Assembly: GCA_020536535.1 (NCBI GenBank)
Contig: JAHLWZ010000853.1
Location: 1-64,000, forward strand
Origin: Pelomyxa schiedti
Lineage: Eukaryota; Protista; Evosea
DNA length: 64,000 nucleotides
Direction: 5' to 3'
The translations under genes and the position numbers were made by a program. The notes beneath the pieces are model-generated. The model did not search any database, was not told where the DNA came from, and was given only the letters and a program-made list of their open reading frames with translations. Positions 12,208 through 25,450 of the stretch are shown piece by piece. Within the stretch, counting starts at the first letter, position 1, and each line of letters begins with the position of its first letter.

Positions 12208-14191
12208 TTACATCCCTACTACAATAGTAGGGCCGGGCGGTTCTATTGGAGGTGCTGCAGCAGGTATTGGAGCTGGTGCTGCTCTTCTGTTTGCTTTTTT
12301 AATGTGCCAGTACATTGCAAACCCATCATAAAGCCACCCAATACCAAATAGTCCAAGAGTGAACATGTATAGTACCTTTGGGTAATAAACAGGGACGATA
12401 TGGGAAAGAGTAACTACCCCACGGCAGTAATTTCCTAAATAGTAATGATGCAAGCCAAGCCATCCTCCAAAGGGAATCCAGGCAAGATATGCTGTATATA
12501 AACTCTTTTGAGTCGAAGTGCGCGAAGTCCGGGAAATTTTCATTTGCCAAGGGATGAGAAATCCTATATGTAATTAAAAAGGAGTGACAAGATACAGTGT
12601 ATGTACTGACCATCAAGGATCCAAACTACGAACCAGCCTCCCAGTGACAAAAATAATGCTAGAAATCGAACGTAATTGCGCATATACAACTGATGTAACC
12701 CGAGCCACCCTAAAGGAAACCATAGTATGTAGGTGTCCATGTAATCCATCCTCCAGCTTCTGCTAATGGGGCACATGAAAGATTCAAATTTGTGTCCTGC
12801 CTCAGCTAGCATTTGATCGTCCACAGGCACAATAGCTGGTTCACCTGGCAGGATTGCCGTGGAACTTGGTATTGTAAAAGGAAAATTTGACTCGTGATCC
12901 TTAAATCAGTGAGAGGAAGACCCAACACTTGTTAAATACTTACTGGTACTTCTGTGAGCTGAAGCTGTTCATTGACCTTAACGAATTAAAATATTGGACT
13001 ACAATGAGGTTCATACTTGCTTTACAAGCCAGTACATACGAATACCATCAACTATCCAACCAACCCCCAACAATCCTGTAGTGGTTAGTTTCATTCGGCA
13101 AGTGATCACCTTCATACCCAGAGTACACATATAAATCATTCCAATAAAATACCTCCTCAGATAAAAGTGATGAAAGCCCAACAAGCCTCCAAAAGGTATC
13201 CAGAAGAGATAGGCCTTTGCAAGAGACTTGTGTTTGGGAGAGGATGTGGCATTTTTTTCGTTGGACTTTTTGACATGATAAGGCATCAAAATGAGATCTG
13301 ATAAAGCAAGCACACCCCAACCACCAAGGGAAAAAAGATACGCCAATGCCACATCATACTGTTTCATGTAGAGCCAATGACCACCAAAAAACCCAAGAGG
13401 AAACCACGCTCTACAGTAGAATTAGGAAAGAAAAAGACATAACTGGACTTGTACCTATAAGCGTCAAGTGATGATAAAGTAGTGTGATGCACTAGTCTGG
13501 AACTGAGTAAAAAGAAAAAAAAAACTTTTCTCAACCTGAGCAGCACAGTAACCCCCCATGAGGAGTAGTGTTTGCGCGCTGCACCATAGATGGAATGCGA
13601 AACGCATCATAAATCCAGGGTAACAAAATCAAGCAAGCAGGGACAAGTAAACAGTAAGGACAGTAGGAAATAACACTGATGAATTGGGAAGTAATGAACC
13701 TACCAAGGAGAATTCCACCAAATGGAATCAATAAATGATTGAGAATAACTGTGTCAAGAATCTTACCAGTTGATAAGCAGCAGGAAAAACAGGCCAAACT
13801 GTCTCAAGTACAACAAATGGATGCCAAACAATCCAGTGAAAGGTATTCCCCACAATATATATGAAACAACTAACTTCTTCGTTGTAAAGCAGCAAGAACA
13901 CATCTCCTCAGCCGTGCTGTCAACCAGCTCCACAGTGTTTCTGCCTCCTTCTCCGCCGGCACTCATATCCATTGGCGCCACTGTATCCCCCGTTGGGCCA
14001 GTACCTGTTGTAAGCCCCGTAACTTCTTCGTGTTCCGTTGCCTCGGTGCCAACAGTAGAAACAGGATCTCCAGGAAGTATCGCTACATGGTGTGTCGGGA
14101 TCTCATCAGTCTGAAAAGACAAGCCAGTTGCATTAGACGCCGGATCTACGTTACTGTATCCGTCACCCGAAACCACCACTGTTCCTTCCAT
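12208..14191 (-). CDS. Multi-TM2-domain membrane protein (about five TM2 repeats)
   Basis: Repeats of KSxxxAYxxWxxxGxxGxHxxYL: SYILWGIPFTGLFGIHLLYL; WVFGGHWLYM; AYLFWIPFGGLLGFHHFYL; TYILWFPLGWLGLHQLYM; AYLAWIPFGGWLGLHHYYL. Confidence 0.85.
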
Positions 14192-14280
14192 CGGGATTTT
14201 TTTTTTTATCTTTTTGAACAAACAAGAACCTGTCCGTTAAACGGGGCGCAGGGAACTACGTCCGATCTTTTCGTGAGGAC

Positions 14281-17127
14281 ATGTCATCCCACAATGTGGT
14301 CTTGGCTTGCTTTGTCGCTTTGATTCTGGCCGTAGTTTGCTTGAGTTTTAGTGGCGGCGTTCCGGACCCCCGAGACCCTGTCGAGGATCAATTTTGGTCA
14401 CCTCGGGCCAACGTGACAGTGGAGGGAGGCGCCTATAGCATTATGGGATCCCTCACGGTCAACGACTGTGCCTCTCAGTGTCTTCAGAAAGATGCATGTG
14501 TCAGTTTTGTTTTCCTTGAAAATTCTGGCCAGTGCTCCCTATTTGAGTGAGTTTCATTGTCTCTATGCAATGCTACCCTTAGCTTGTTATTTGATAAACA
14601 CCAACCCCACTCTTTAAAGATATTCTATGTATTACACAGTTGTGAACTTCACTGGGGGTGGTACATCTTGGTACTATGTGAGGATTCCGGTTCTGAACGA
14701 CGAACCGGTTGGAAAAGCAGTGACTTATTCTCTAGAAGTCCCAACAACTGGTGTCACCCTAACGGAGGGAAGCCTTTTGAGACTTGTCTTTGACAACAAC
14801 ATTAATGTATGTGGATCACCTGGGTATTGTGAGTCATTCATTCTTCTTTAGTACCTTCTCCATAATTGGAATCTCGATGATTTACTCTATCCTTATCGGC
14901 AAAGAGCGAATTATACACCGAATCCAGGGCAAGCTGTTGGATGGGATACTTGGCTCCCTGGTTCTGGACTTGGCTTATTACTGATGGGTGCTGCTGGCGC
15001 CTCACGCTGGACTACTGACCTAGAGATAAATAACCGGGTGAAAGATGCTGTCCAAGGTGTACTTGACTGCAGAGCTGATGATGGGTTTTAATCCTACGCT
15101 TTTTGTGTTCACTAAATGAGCAAGATTCATCATGGCATTTGAGGAAAGCGCAATTACATGGAGAGAAAATCCGGACTATGTTCAGAGCTGGGTAACCCAC
15201 GGACTTCTGGAGGCATATACCTCTGGAAACACCGATGCTCTGTCTCTTCTCCGTAGCCATTGGGATTGGTTCGCACAGTGTCCGAATATTCCAGAAATAT
15301 ACCCTCCGGATCCCTCTCTCCCGGCGCCTCCTCCCGATTCAGGCACAGGTCACAAGCTATACCTTATTTATCAAGGGTTTCTTTTCTTTCTATTTGACAA
15401 CACTGATGAAAATGCATAGAATTATACCCCACACAAGGCTTGGTTTGTCCCCCGTCGGTCAACAAGAAGATATTGAGATTGTACAAACACTGTATGAAGA
15501 GCGCTGGTGGTTAAAACAATTAGCAGCACACAATTTGAGTGCTATATGGCAAAGGCAATATCCCCATAACTACGAGTTAACAGCGCTGGAGGCCTACATG
15601 GATATGTATATCCTTACTGGAGATAATCTTTATATCCAGGCCGTTTTAGGTGCAGTTGAAATGTTCCGGGACCACTGGGTTCACGTCGGGGGAAGTATGG
15701 CCATTAATGAAGATATAAGCAATGTGAGATACTATCCCCCTGATACATACTACATCTTTACTGGGCATAACAACCTCCCTACTGGTGAGTTATGTGGAAG
15801 TGTCTTCTGGATAAAACTTCACCAAAGACTTCATCTCCTGTTTCCTGATGAGGAGAGTTTTGTCTTCGAGATGGAACGTACACTATTCAATTCTGGGATT
15901 GCGAATCAACCAATGGATCACTACCACCTTGGAATCCGCTATTACAGCACATTGCACAAGGAAAAAGATAGCCCCAATAATGAGCTGACATGCTGTGAGG
16001 GACAGGGAACACGATTATACGGCAGCCTACCTGAGTATCTCTATACAATTGATCGACGAACCGAGTCTCCCGGGATTTATTTTGACATTTACTCCGCCTC
16101 AACGTTTATAGCAACCATTTCCAGTAAAGAGGTTAAATTCCAGTGTATTACAGACTTTCCGTACTCTGGTGATGTAGAAATTACCGTTTCCACAATTCTA
16201 TCTACTCAGTTTTCCATCAACTTGCGCATACCAACCTGGGTTTCCAGCACAGTAGTAATTTACCTAGATGGTAATACAATACAAAGTGCGGATCCCGGCA
16301 CCTATGCCAAGGTAAATTTATGTTGTGAGTGCTAAAGTTTACATTCAAACTAGATTACAAGAGCATGGACCACATCTACAATAACCTTTACTCTTGGGAT
16401 GGCCTTTAGCGCTCATTTCTATAGTGGCTACAATCAGATTGGGTCTTACCAGAGGTGGGCTTACAAGTATGGGCCAGTATTATTAGCTGCTACTGGAACA
16501 TGGACATATGAACTGGATTGTCTTATTGTGCCTGTTGATAGATCAATTGCCACAAACCCACAGGTTTTTCTTCAACAACCATCAACCGGTGTATCTTTAG
16601 CCCGAGTAGGCTTGGATGATACCAGTAGAGGGAGTACCTCTGCACTTCAGAACTGCTGATAGCACCATTGAATTCCTTCCATACTTTGAAGTCGGTGATC
16701 AGTTGTTTACAGTCTATCCAATAATCGGGAACCAAACTGACCCAACCTGCTCGACTGTAATTGCCGACGATGTGTCTTCAGCACAGCTTTCCTGTCCCAC
16801 AAATGGGACCACCATTCAAAAGGTACAATGTCACTTCCTTCACCCAATTGTTTACCCCTACCCCCAATTCCAGGTTCTTTTTGCCAGCTATGGCATGCCA
16901 CAAGGGAATTGTGCTTCCGGATTATCAACCGGGGATTGCCACTCTCACAGGTCCAAACAAGTGGCCGAATCACACTGCCTTGGTCTCTCAAGCTGCCAGG
17001 TACCACACAAACCATGCCAATCCTTCAACAAACAACAATAAAGGTACCCTCTCTAGCCGCGTTATACCTACCAGATCCTTGTGAAGGAATTCCAAAAACT
17101 CTGGCAGTTCAAGTTCAGTGCGGCTAG
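14281..17127 (+). CDS. Secreted GH127/GH146-type glycoside hydrolase (beta-L-arabinofuranosidase-like) with N-terminal PAN/apple and C-terminal SUEL lectin domains
   Basis: Signal peptide. PAN motif CASQCLQKDACVSF...CSL. GH127-like motifs THGLLEA, GELCGS, MERTLFN, TCCEGQGTRLYGSL, TDFPYSG, LRIPTW. SUEL motif SCP..I..VLFASYG.PQGNC...C..HCLG..SC...DPCEGIPKTLAVQVQC. Confidence 0.85.
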
Positions 17128-17341
17128 CACCTTATCATTTCACCTAAATCAATCATTGTGCTGTGCCTTTTTTTCGCATCGCCTTAGTCTTCGTGGGTAC
17201 TGGGAGAATAGGTTTATGTTACCCTTGAGTGGATCTGCTAAGAGACTCACCCAGATGGAAGTTGGTGTCACAGAAAAACAGAATATCAATCTCGATAAAA
17301 AAGAACAACAAAAAAAAAGAACCGCTTCCGGTTGTAAAAAG

Positions 17342-18495
17342 ATGGTGGAGCCAATGATGGAGACGAAGATCGTTCTGTTGGGCGACACTGGTACATACAT
17401 AGACCGCACACATCTCCTTTTTTTTACCGTCTCCCATTTCTATGCGATTTGATTGGATGCTCACTGGGCAATTTAAGGCGTTGGAAAAACGGCCATAGCA
17501 CAACGGTTCGTTCAGGAAAAATTTGATGGTGGCACGGAGTCTACTGTTGGGGCTTCCTACTTCTCAAAACGATTGTGTGTCATGATCTTGAGTTCTTCAC
17601 CACAATAACAAAAAAAAACCACAAAAGTACAATAGACGACATAGTTTTGAGACTACAGATCTGGGATACAGTATCTTTTTTTTCCTATCTTCATGAATGT
17701 ACACTAATTGCGTAACTTCTCGTTGCTAGGCTGGTCAAGAGAGGTAAGCACCGCTTTTCTTGCCTTTTTCTGTATAACACTTAACAGATTTAAAGCTTTG
17801 GTAGGAGCTCATGATATTTTTTGGCCCACTTAACCAAGCTTTTTCTCCCTTCATATTTGATATTCAGGCCCCGATGTATTATCATGGAGCTTCTGGTGCC
17901 CTTCTTGTGTATGTAAGACTGTGATGTCCCAGAAACTCAACTAAAACAATACAAAACAAAGATATAACTCGACTATTCCAAAAACTCTAGAGAAAGTGAA
18001 AGATTGGGCCAAAGGTATAAACTCTTCTCATTGCACTATTTTCTGATCCATTTCCAAGAACTTGCAATTAATGTACCAGATGATATCGGTAAGCCTTTAT
18101 TGTTTGCTTTCTTTGTCAGTCTTATTATTTCACTTTCGAAGTTATATCTGTTGTTGGATCAAAGACCGATTTATTACCTACACAAACCAATCACCAAGAA
18201 CTTGAGCAGCTATCTGCCGATGCCAAAGAATATGCCTCATCCATAAACGCAATTTTTGCTGAAACATCCGCCAAAGCCGGAACAGGTGTGCAATCAAAGG
18301 AAACACCAACTTCACAAATACTCTTCCTTCTTTGTACTGACTAAGAAACCTTTAGGGATCAACGAGCTGTTTACAGCTCTAGTTAGAGAAATTGTAAAGA
18401 GACACAAACCAAGTACACCAGACCCAAACGTAATCAACGTTGCATCAACACACACAACAAGCGGCCAAAAGACAAACAATGGGGGTTGTTGTTAA
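17342..18495 (+). CDS. Rab GTPase (Rab5/21/22-like group), ~9 introns
   Basis: [54 protein letters not shown], C-terminal GGCC. Confidence 0.9.
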
Positions 18496-18853
18496 AAGAA
18501 TTTCCTTGTTATTTTGTTTTTGTATGAGACTTGACTGCGGGCTATGCTTTCTTCTGACTGTAGGAAGCCTTAGGCGGCTGTCAGTGGGAGGTAGTACAAG
18601 CGCGTTGCTTGGCAACATTAAAACTAATACCTAGATTTTGGCAGGTGACCCTGAGACTGGAAGTACTTCAATGGGATCGAACTAGAAGAGACCAGTGATA
18701 GCATTACGGCACTTGCCCCATTCACTTTGTTTGTTCACTGGCTACTGTGTTTTCACGCTGAATTTCCCCGCTGTGAGCACCTCGTAGTTACACCACTGTT
18801 TTCCCCTTGAAACCAATTTCGTGTTTCGTTAAAAATTTGTAGAAGCGGAACCA

Positions 18854-21800
18854 ATGCCGTGGTACTATTGTCACACGCGTTATGTGCCCCAGCGCAAATG
18901 CGAGCTGCTACTGGAAGAGGGCGACGTAGTCAACGCCGTGGCAGCGCGCCCCGAAGTAGCCAAGTCTCCCGGCGGGGCAACAACCGCCCCTGCTGCCTCT
19001 ACCACCACCGCCACAACAGCTGCGACTACCTCCACTGCTGCTGCGGCGGATGCCGACCCCGCCGCCACGGCGGAGGCAGACAAGCAGCAGGCACCTGCAC
19101 CATCTTCGACGGCGGAGGGGAAGCCGCCCGCCCCCGAGGGAGCAGGGGGGAACACCAACGAGGGCGGGGGGGCAGAGGCCAAGGAGGAGGAGGGGGGCGG
19201 GACTGCGACTGCGACTGTGACTGTGACTGGGGCCGGGGTTGGGGCCGGGGCTGGGCCCGGGCTCGAGGAGCTGTTGAGGGACGGGGGGCCCGACGACGAT
19301 AAGGTGGAGTGGATGTTTGGCGAGGCGGGGGGGAGGCACGGCAAGTTCCCAAAGCACGTGGTGCAGCCGGTCGATTGCTCCACCGTCGACGTTGCTGTGG
19401 TTCTGTATGACTGGGCTCAGTCTGCTCCTGGTATGTTCCCAGCGCATATGTGTGCTTTTTTGCTGGGATTTTGTTCGCCACTTCTCACGGTGGTGCCTTG
19501 TACTCCCAGATCAATTGTCTCTCAAAAAGGATGAATTGGTGCATGTTAGTGAAAAACTTGAAACTGGGTGGTGGAGAGGTGCTACGTCGAGCAATAAAGG
19601 TGCACCCTGCACCTCCAAAGAACACTTACTCAATCAAGTAAACACATTTTGATTAGGGCTATTTCCAAGTAATTTTGTGAGTGCTCTACCACAAACATGG
19701 AAGACTGCAGTTGCTACATTTGACTACTTGCCCACGGACCCATCACATTTACGGTTGCCTTTCAGGATACATAGTAACCTAACAGACTCCTCAGCTTTAC
19801 TAAAGGTTCTACTGTTCTCACGTTCACTGATGACCCAAGTGGCTGGGCAGTTGGAGTTTATAATGGGTAGGATTATGTAGTTCGCACAACAAAGATTTAA
19901 AATACTATGTAACCAAGCAGTACTTTTGCACCCATACACCTAGATGACTGACCACATATATAGCCAGAAAGGTGTATTCCCTGGGAACCGCGTTCGAGTG
20001 TTAGAACCTCTTCCTCCACCTGTGGAACCAGAAAAGGCACCTGGAGACGATGACGCCATCTCTATTGGAGAGGAAATGGTAGGATCACTTGGCAGTATTT
20101 CAGGGTTGTCCCTATCTCCAACCCCCACTCCAAGGAATCAAGTAATTCTGTTGGTGATTTCACACAGAAACTCAACACACAAAAGGAAATAAAACATACT
20201 CCGAAGCTGCGTGCAAGAAAAGATCGACTTAGTGCCTTAAAGGAAACACATGTAAATCACTCCAATACAGCGCGGAGGACAAAAGGTTCTATTGACAATG
20301 TGAATGCCGGGGAAGCTCTCGCTGTGGCAGTCGCTGCAGCAGCTGCGGTTTCTGACAACGAAAACGAACTACCAGCAGAACCAGTCCCACCCCTTCCAGA
20401 ATTTGCTGAGAGTGAAGAAGAGGCGTCTGTGTACTATGAACGCCAATCAGGTGGCGAAGAATCGCGTGACAATTCTGGAAGTTCCGAGGAGAGTGGATGT
20501 CACTGCTCAAGTAAATGCAATGATGTTTGTTTACTGTCTGAATAAACTCATTAGAAAGGAAGAACAGGAGAAGTTGCCATTGTCATTGCAATTGCAACAA
20601 CGTATGAGGGGAAAAAAGGCAACTATACAAACAAAAAATTGCATTGTAGGGATTGCTGTCCAGACATTATAAGATAAAGGAACTCGAAATTGCTTTGCAA
20701 GAGGAAGTTCAAGCAAGAACTCACTGCCAACAGGAAAAACGGTACCCTTTCTGACAATTTCAATCTCTCATCTGCCACAGACAACTGGAAGCTCTAGTAG
20801 AACAAGCAAATAGACAGGTCCGCTATGAGAAAGAGCGTACACGCACATTGGTTTCTGAGTGTGAACATTTGAGCAGGGCACTGAAGGTTATGAAATTGAA
20901 AATTGAAAACAAAACTTAAGTGAGGGAAAACAAAAACAATAGAACACCAAGGTAAAAATGAAGCAATACAGTAGCATCGATTCTCGTATGGAGCAATTAT
21001 CTGTCAAGGTATCACAGGATACCAATGAGTGTCAAACCTCATCAGATCAAATTGCCTTTCTGCAAGGACAGGTTTTTTCCCACCTGCCTCCTAAGCTTTT
21101 CCAATCCTGGAATGAGAAAGGTGCAAAATCTTACAGACCAATTGACAAATGCCAGAAACGCAAATGCCGCTCTCGAAGCTGACTTGCATTTAGAAAAACT
21201 CAATTCCAAGTAATCCAAAGCCTGGCCTCTTTGTGCACATGACACATTATTTAACAGGAAGCTAGTGACAAGCATTGCTACTCTGCGAGATCGTCTTGTG
21301 GCCGAATCCCTCGTTTCGGCACCAAAGAACGCACTCAATGAGCCCGAGAATTTCTTTTCAACGTTGCAGTCTCTCCAAGAATTGACAAACTCCCTGGTTC
21401 CTTACTAGCAACTCCCTTCTACACTGATAAACACTACTAGGTACGTGAACTTAGAGTTGCGCGGGATGAGGTAAATAGTAATCAGCTGTTGGTTCAGGTA
21501 AGAAGACGACCAATTACTATTGCTCAACATCCTACCAGTTAAGAACCAGTTGGGAGAAAGAACTGCAAAGAAGAAAAAAGTTGGAAAAAGAAAATGAAAG
21601 GTATTCTTTCATTTTGGATTTTTTCCTTATCTCTCAAAATTCAAAATTTTTGTTTTAGGTTGCATGCCGCGTTGTCTGCTTTGGAAAAAGTTCCTCCACT
21701 GCCTTCACAGCCTCCGCCCACACTCTCAGCTAGCTCCCCAGCACACTTGCAAGCACAGATAAAGTCTCTAAGAGCCAGATGTCTCAAGGAGATGCATGCA

Positions 21801-21872
21801 AGAAGCCAAGTAGAGCTACAGCTTACTCAAATGCGGAAGTCGGTCCAAAGCCAGAACAACAAAAATTCCTGA
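18854..21872 (+). CDS. Adaptor with three N-terminal SH3 domains, Pro-rich region and C-terminal coiled coil (CIN85/CD2AP-like architecture)
   Basis: SH3-1 YVPQRKCELLLEEGDVV...WMFGE..GKFPKHVV; SH3-2 VLYDW..DQLSLKKDELV..GWWRG..GLFPSNFV; SH3-3 ATFDY..GWAVG..GVFPGNRV. Heptad-rich C-terminal exons. Confidence 0.8.
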
Positions 21873-21954
21873 TGCCATTCCTGCCGTGCCAGACTCGCTC
21901 ATAAATATGCTATATAAATACAATAGCTGAGGCCTCAAGTAGCCTTCCTTGCCT

Positions 21955-22648
21955 TCACATTCCACCCGCTTTGCAGTACATCAATTGTGGTGCACTGTCT
22001 AACAAAGTGTAACACTTTGTGTGAATAAATAATCCGCAATCTATTGTTTTCCATTAGAGCTAGTTTTGAGAGAATTCAGAGGATTAAAAGTACCTTCACA
22101 TCTATAAGCCTGCCTTCCCATGTGAGCAATTCTCTCACAACAGCAAGCGCATTCCACTTGGGAAGAAGCAGATAACTTCTTCAAGTTGTGACAGCATAAT
22201 TGTCTTTCAATCGTCTAATAGAAACTATTAGGAGGCTACTTACAGCTCAACGCAAAATCACACCTTGCGAACGCAAAAGCTAATTGCGGACATCCACTCG
22301 TTCATGGTTGCTTGTGAGTCGGCGATGAGAACGTAGTCGCGAGTCTTGGTGTGCACTACGAACGTGTGCGATCTCGATGTATTCACAAAACATGACACCC
22401 CTTCCCTCAATGAGATCAATCCTTGTGGGTGTCCCATCTATAAAGGAAACGCGACGTGAGATCTTAAGTACAGACAACACCCAGGACAAATAGCGAGAGG
22501 AAAAAAACACGCGAAACAAACGAAATACCTTCTCGGTCTTGAAATACGCGAGACCGGAACTCGAAAGTACGAACCAACGCCTTTGTACTGTCCTTAGTGC
22601 ACCTCCCTCCTTCGACATCCACCCATTCTTTATGACTTTGTCCATCAT
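21955..22648 (-). CDS. Small PH + C1 (DAG/PE-binding-type zinc finger) protein, 4 exons
   Basis: PH: KNGWMSKEGG..RRWFVL..LAYFK|..PQGLISL...FVVHTKTRDYVLIADSQATMNEWMSAI. C1: HNLKKLSASSQVECACCCERIAHMGRQAYRCE|DCGLFIHTKC...C. Confidence 0.85.
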
Positions 22649-22930
22649 CGCGAGAGTAATAATTTATATCGCGTATCTGTTATCACCGTCTCTCGTGTCT
22701 TGTTTGTTGTTGTTTTTTTTTTTTTAAAATGTTGTTTCGTTCTTGTACGTTGGTTAAAAAGATTTGGGGCAAATTCTTGGTTTTGTGTTGCGTGGCTTGG
22801 GGCAGTTTTCTTTTGGGGGAATTTAAAGAAAAGCCACGCGAACTGCCGTTTATGGTAGTTGTGGATGTTAGATGATCAATCGATCAATCTCAATACATTT
22901 TGTACACCGGGATCTATCTTTAGGGCTCGG

Positions 22931-24991
22931 CTAGTTGTGTGTGAGATTTTGTGGGTTCGGTGTGGCATTTGGAGGAGTGTGCTTGGTTGTTGTTACTGGG
23001 GTTGGGGCTGGTGGGGGTGTGTAATGTAGAAGAGGGTTTACGAATGAGGCCAGAACCCACCCGGCAATTCCGGCACAGCAGCGGATTCCGTTGAATATCT
23101 GCCACTTTTGCAGGGTGTTCTCAACCGAACTGGTAACTAGAGTGTTGTCTCCATACCTGCGGAGAAATAAGTTAGCAATTTAGGTTGTACATGTAGAACA
23201 ATAGGGTGCGGAGCATTACCAACCAGGTATTCTTTGTTCAGAGTAGTAAAGGGCATCGTCGATTGGTACATTTGCGAGTGTGAAAACAAAGCATATGGTG
23301 AACACTAATTGAAAGTTAGTCTGCCCAAGAAGGGAAGCTTGCACTCACAAACTATAAGGAAAATGTCAAAAACGGGCTGTGTCAATGGTTTCCCATTCCA
23401 CTGGGCACGTCTATCCCTGGCAAATCTGTCACAGGCACCAAGCAGGGAAACAGACGTGAGGAAGAAAAACAAGTGTTGCACAGGTCGGGCAATCGAAGAA
23501 TAAAATCTTAGAAATGAGGCTGCACTGGATGCAGCACCGGTAATCGGTGGAGAATGCAGTCTCGGGAGCGGGCTGAGAACGGAAATTGGGGGGACAGGGA
23601 GGTTGTTGATGTTGAAACTATAGAGGCTGAGAACAAACAGAAGAAGTGAAGCACCTCCAAGAAGTCCTTGCACAGTGAAAAAAAGCCAAGCAGTGACGAA
23701 ACTAATTTGCTTTTTGTCTTATGGGTTAATAAGATAGTTGAAGCTAAAGATACTTCTATAGTCATTCGTATAATGTCATTCTCTGTTTGAAGTTGCATCT
23801 GGTCATCTGTGGTCGTCTCTGTAGGGGGTGCCTCTTTCAATTCTGAATCTTTAGTAATTCGCTTGAAATTCCCAGTTACCACATCTGTTACTTGTTGGAA
23901 TGTAGTACAAAGTAGTTTGTGGTACAAACTCTCCATATAGTAGTCGCGTACTACATGTGGTGGTGTCACATTTGGAATATTGTCTTGAGGAAGGCTACTG
24001 GGACCCCGCTGTTCAAGTTCTACCTGTCTTACAGAAGCATCCTTAGTACTTTATATTTACTACAGATAAAAAAAAAAAAGAAGGAGGGAAGCTTACACAG
24101 GATCTCTGTGGTGCTGCCGATTTTTCATTCTACGTTTCGTGTAAGTAAAAATAGAAAGGTTTAACGAAATACAAACGGTGTGTGTGTGACAGACTCCTGG
24201 TCCCCATCGTGCTCATGACCGCCTCGAGTTCGTGTCTGTTTCATCTTACTTGTGTGTGAAGGAGACAAAGACTTATGGGTCGAGTTTCCCAGAGACCGAC
24301 CACCCTTACGCGTTGATGTTCTCTCATTTTCACTGTCACTATCACTTGCTACCAAGTCATCACTCCCATAATCATCGTTGTCACTGTCATTGTAAACGCC
24401 GTCGTCCTCCTGGAACGGGGCAGCGTTAGGGTGCAAATTTGACGCCCGGCGGCCATCCCTTCCACCGCCAGAAGCAGCAGGAGCAGCAGCAGACTTATGG
24501 GAGGACTTCTTCTTTGCCGGGTCGCGAGCACGCGGCTGCGGCGGGGGCGGAAGCAGCCCGAGCTTGCTCCTGTGCGTGAGCACGCCGCTGTCATTGTTTG
24601 TGTTGTTGTTGTTCAACTTGGGCGCCGACGCACGCCTGCTGCTGTCGTCGTCGTAGTCGTCGCCTGCGGCGTCGGAGTCGCCGTCGTCGCTGGCGTCGGC
24701 GGGGGGTGCCCGTCGTTTGGTTGCTGAGGAGGCGGGCGACGGAGACGGTGTGGGCAAAGTAGATATGGGCGCAGGGCTCGTGGCTTTGGGTTTCGTTGGG
24801 TTGACTGTGGGTGTGCCGGCAGGGACACCAGTGGGTGTCGAGGAAGAATGGGGGCCCCCAGGGTCGGCCGCCGTGGGCTTCTTTTTGGCGGCAGGCGAGG
24901 CCGCTGTGAGAGATTTAGACAAGTTTTGGGGCAGTTGTAGCGGGGGAAGTGTCGTCTTCTTGCGTGCCAGCGCAGCGCCGTTGTCCGTCAT
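22931..24991 (-). CDS. Hypothetical membrane protein: long disordered N-terminus, several C-terminal hydrophobic helices
   Basis: 276-aa low-complexity first ORF. Downstream exons include LVSSLLGFFSL, HLFFFLTSVSLLGAC, FTICFVFTLANVP, FNGIRCCAGIAGWVLASF. A possible extra 5' exon lies near 25200-25358. Confidence 0.55.
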
Positions 24992-25450
24992 TTCGTTAGT
25001 GAAATTGCTTCCCTGAAAGAGTCGTTGCTCACTGTAGAGGTGTTAGTCTATTGTGGTGCCCTTCATCATGCAAGCACTCTCCTTGTGCCTTTGTGTCTGC
25101 GGACTGGATCACCAACAAGCTGGTGGAAACCCTCTATAGAAAACACAGTGGACAAACCCCCACAAAAAAAACCAAAAAAAGATGGGAGGTGCTCACCAGG
25201 AACCCATCGGGTGGTCCGGACCCACCCAACGCAGGCTCCCAGCATCCCACAACCGCGGTCCGCGTCGCGTCGCGCCACGAACACAAGGGATTGGTGTCAT
25301 CCCGGTCCGTGGTCACGCGCATCACAGTCCTCGGCCCCGAATCCGCGTCGCGTCTCAATTCTCATTGAGCGCATCACAATTTCGGGGAAGCAGGATGTCA
25401 GTAAGTCATTCCAGGAATGAACGGTCAGGAGCCTCTTTTGGTTATGGATA

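Noticed and set aside
20240-20285. VNHSNTARRTK as a capping-protein-interaction motif in the SH3 adaptor
   Set aside because: Poor match to LxHxTxxRPK, and the exon frame is uncertain.
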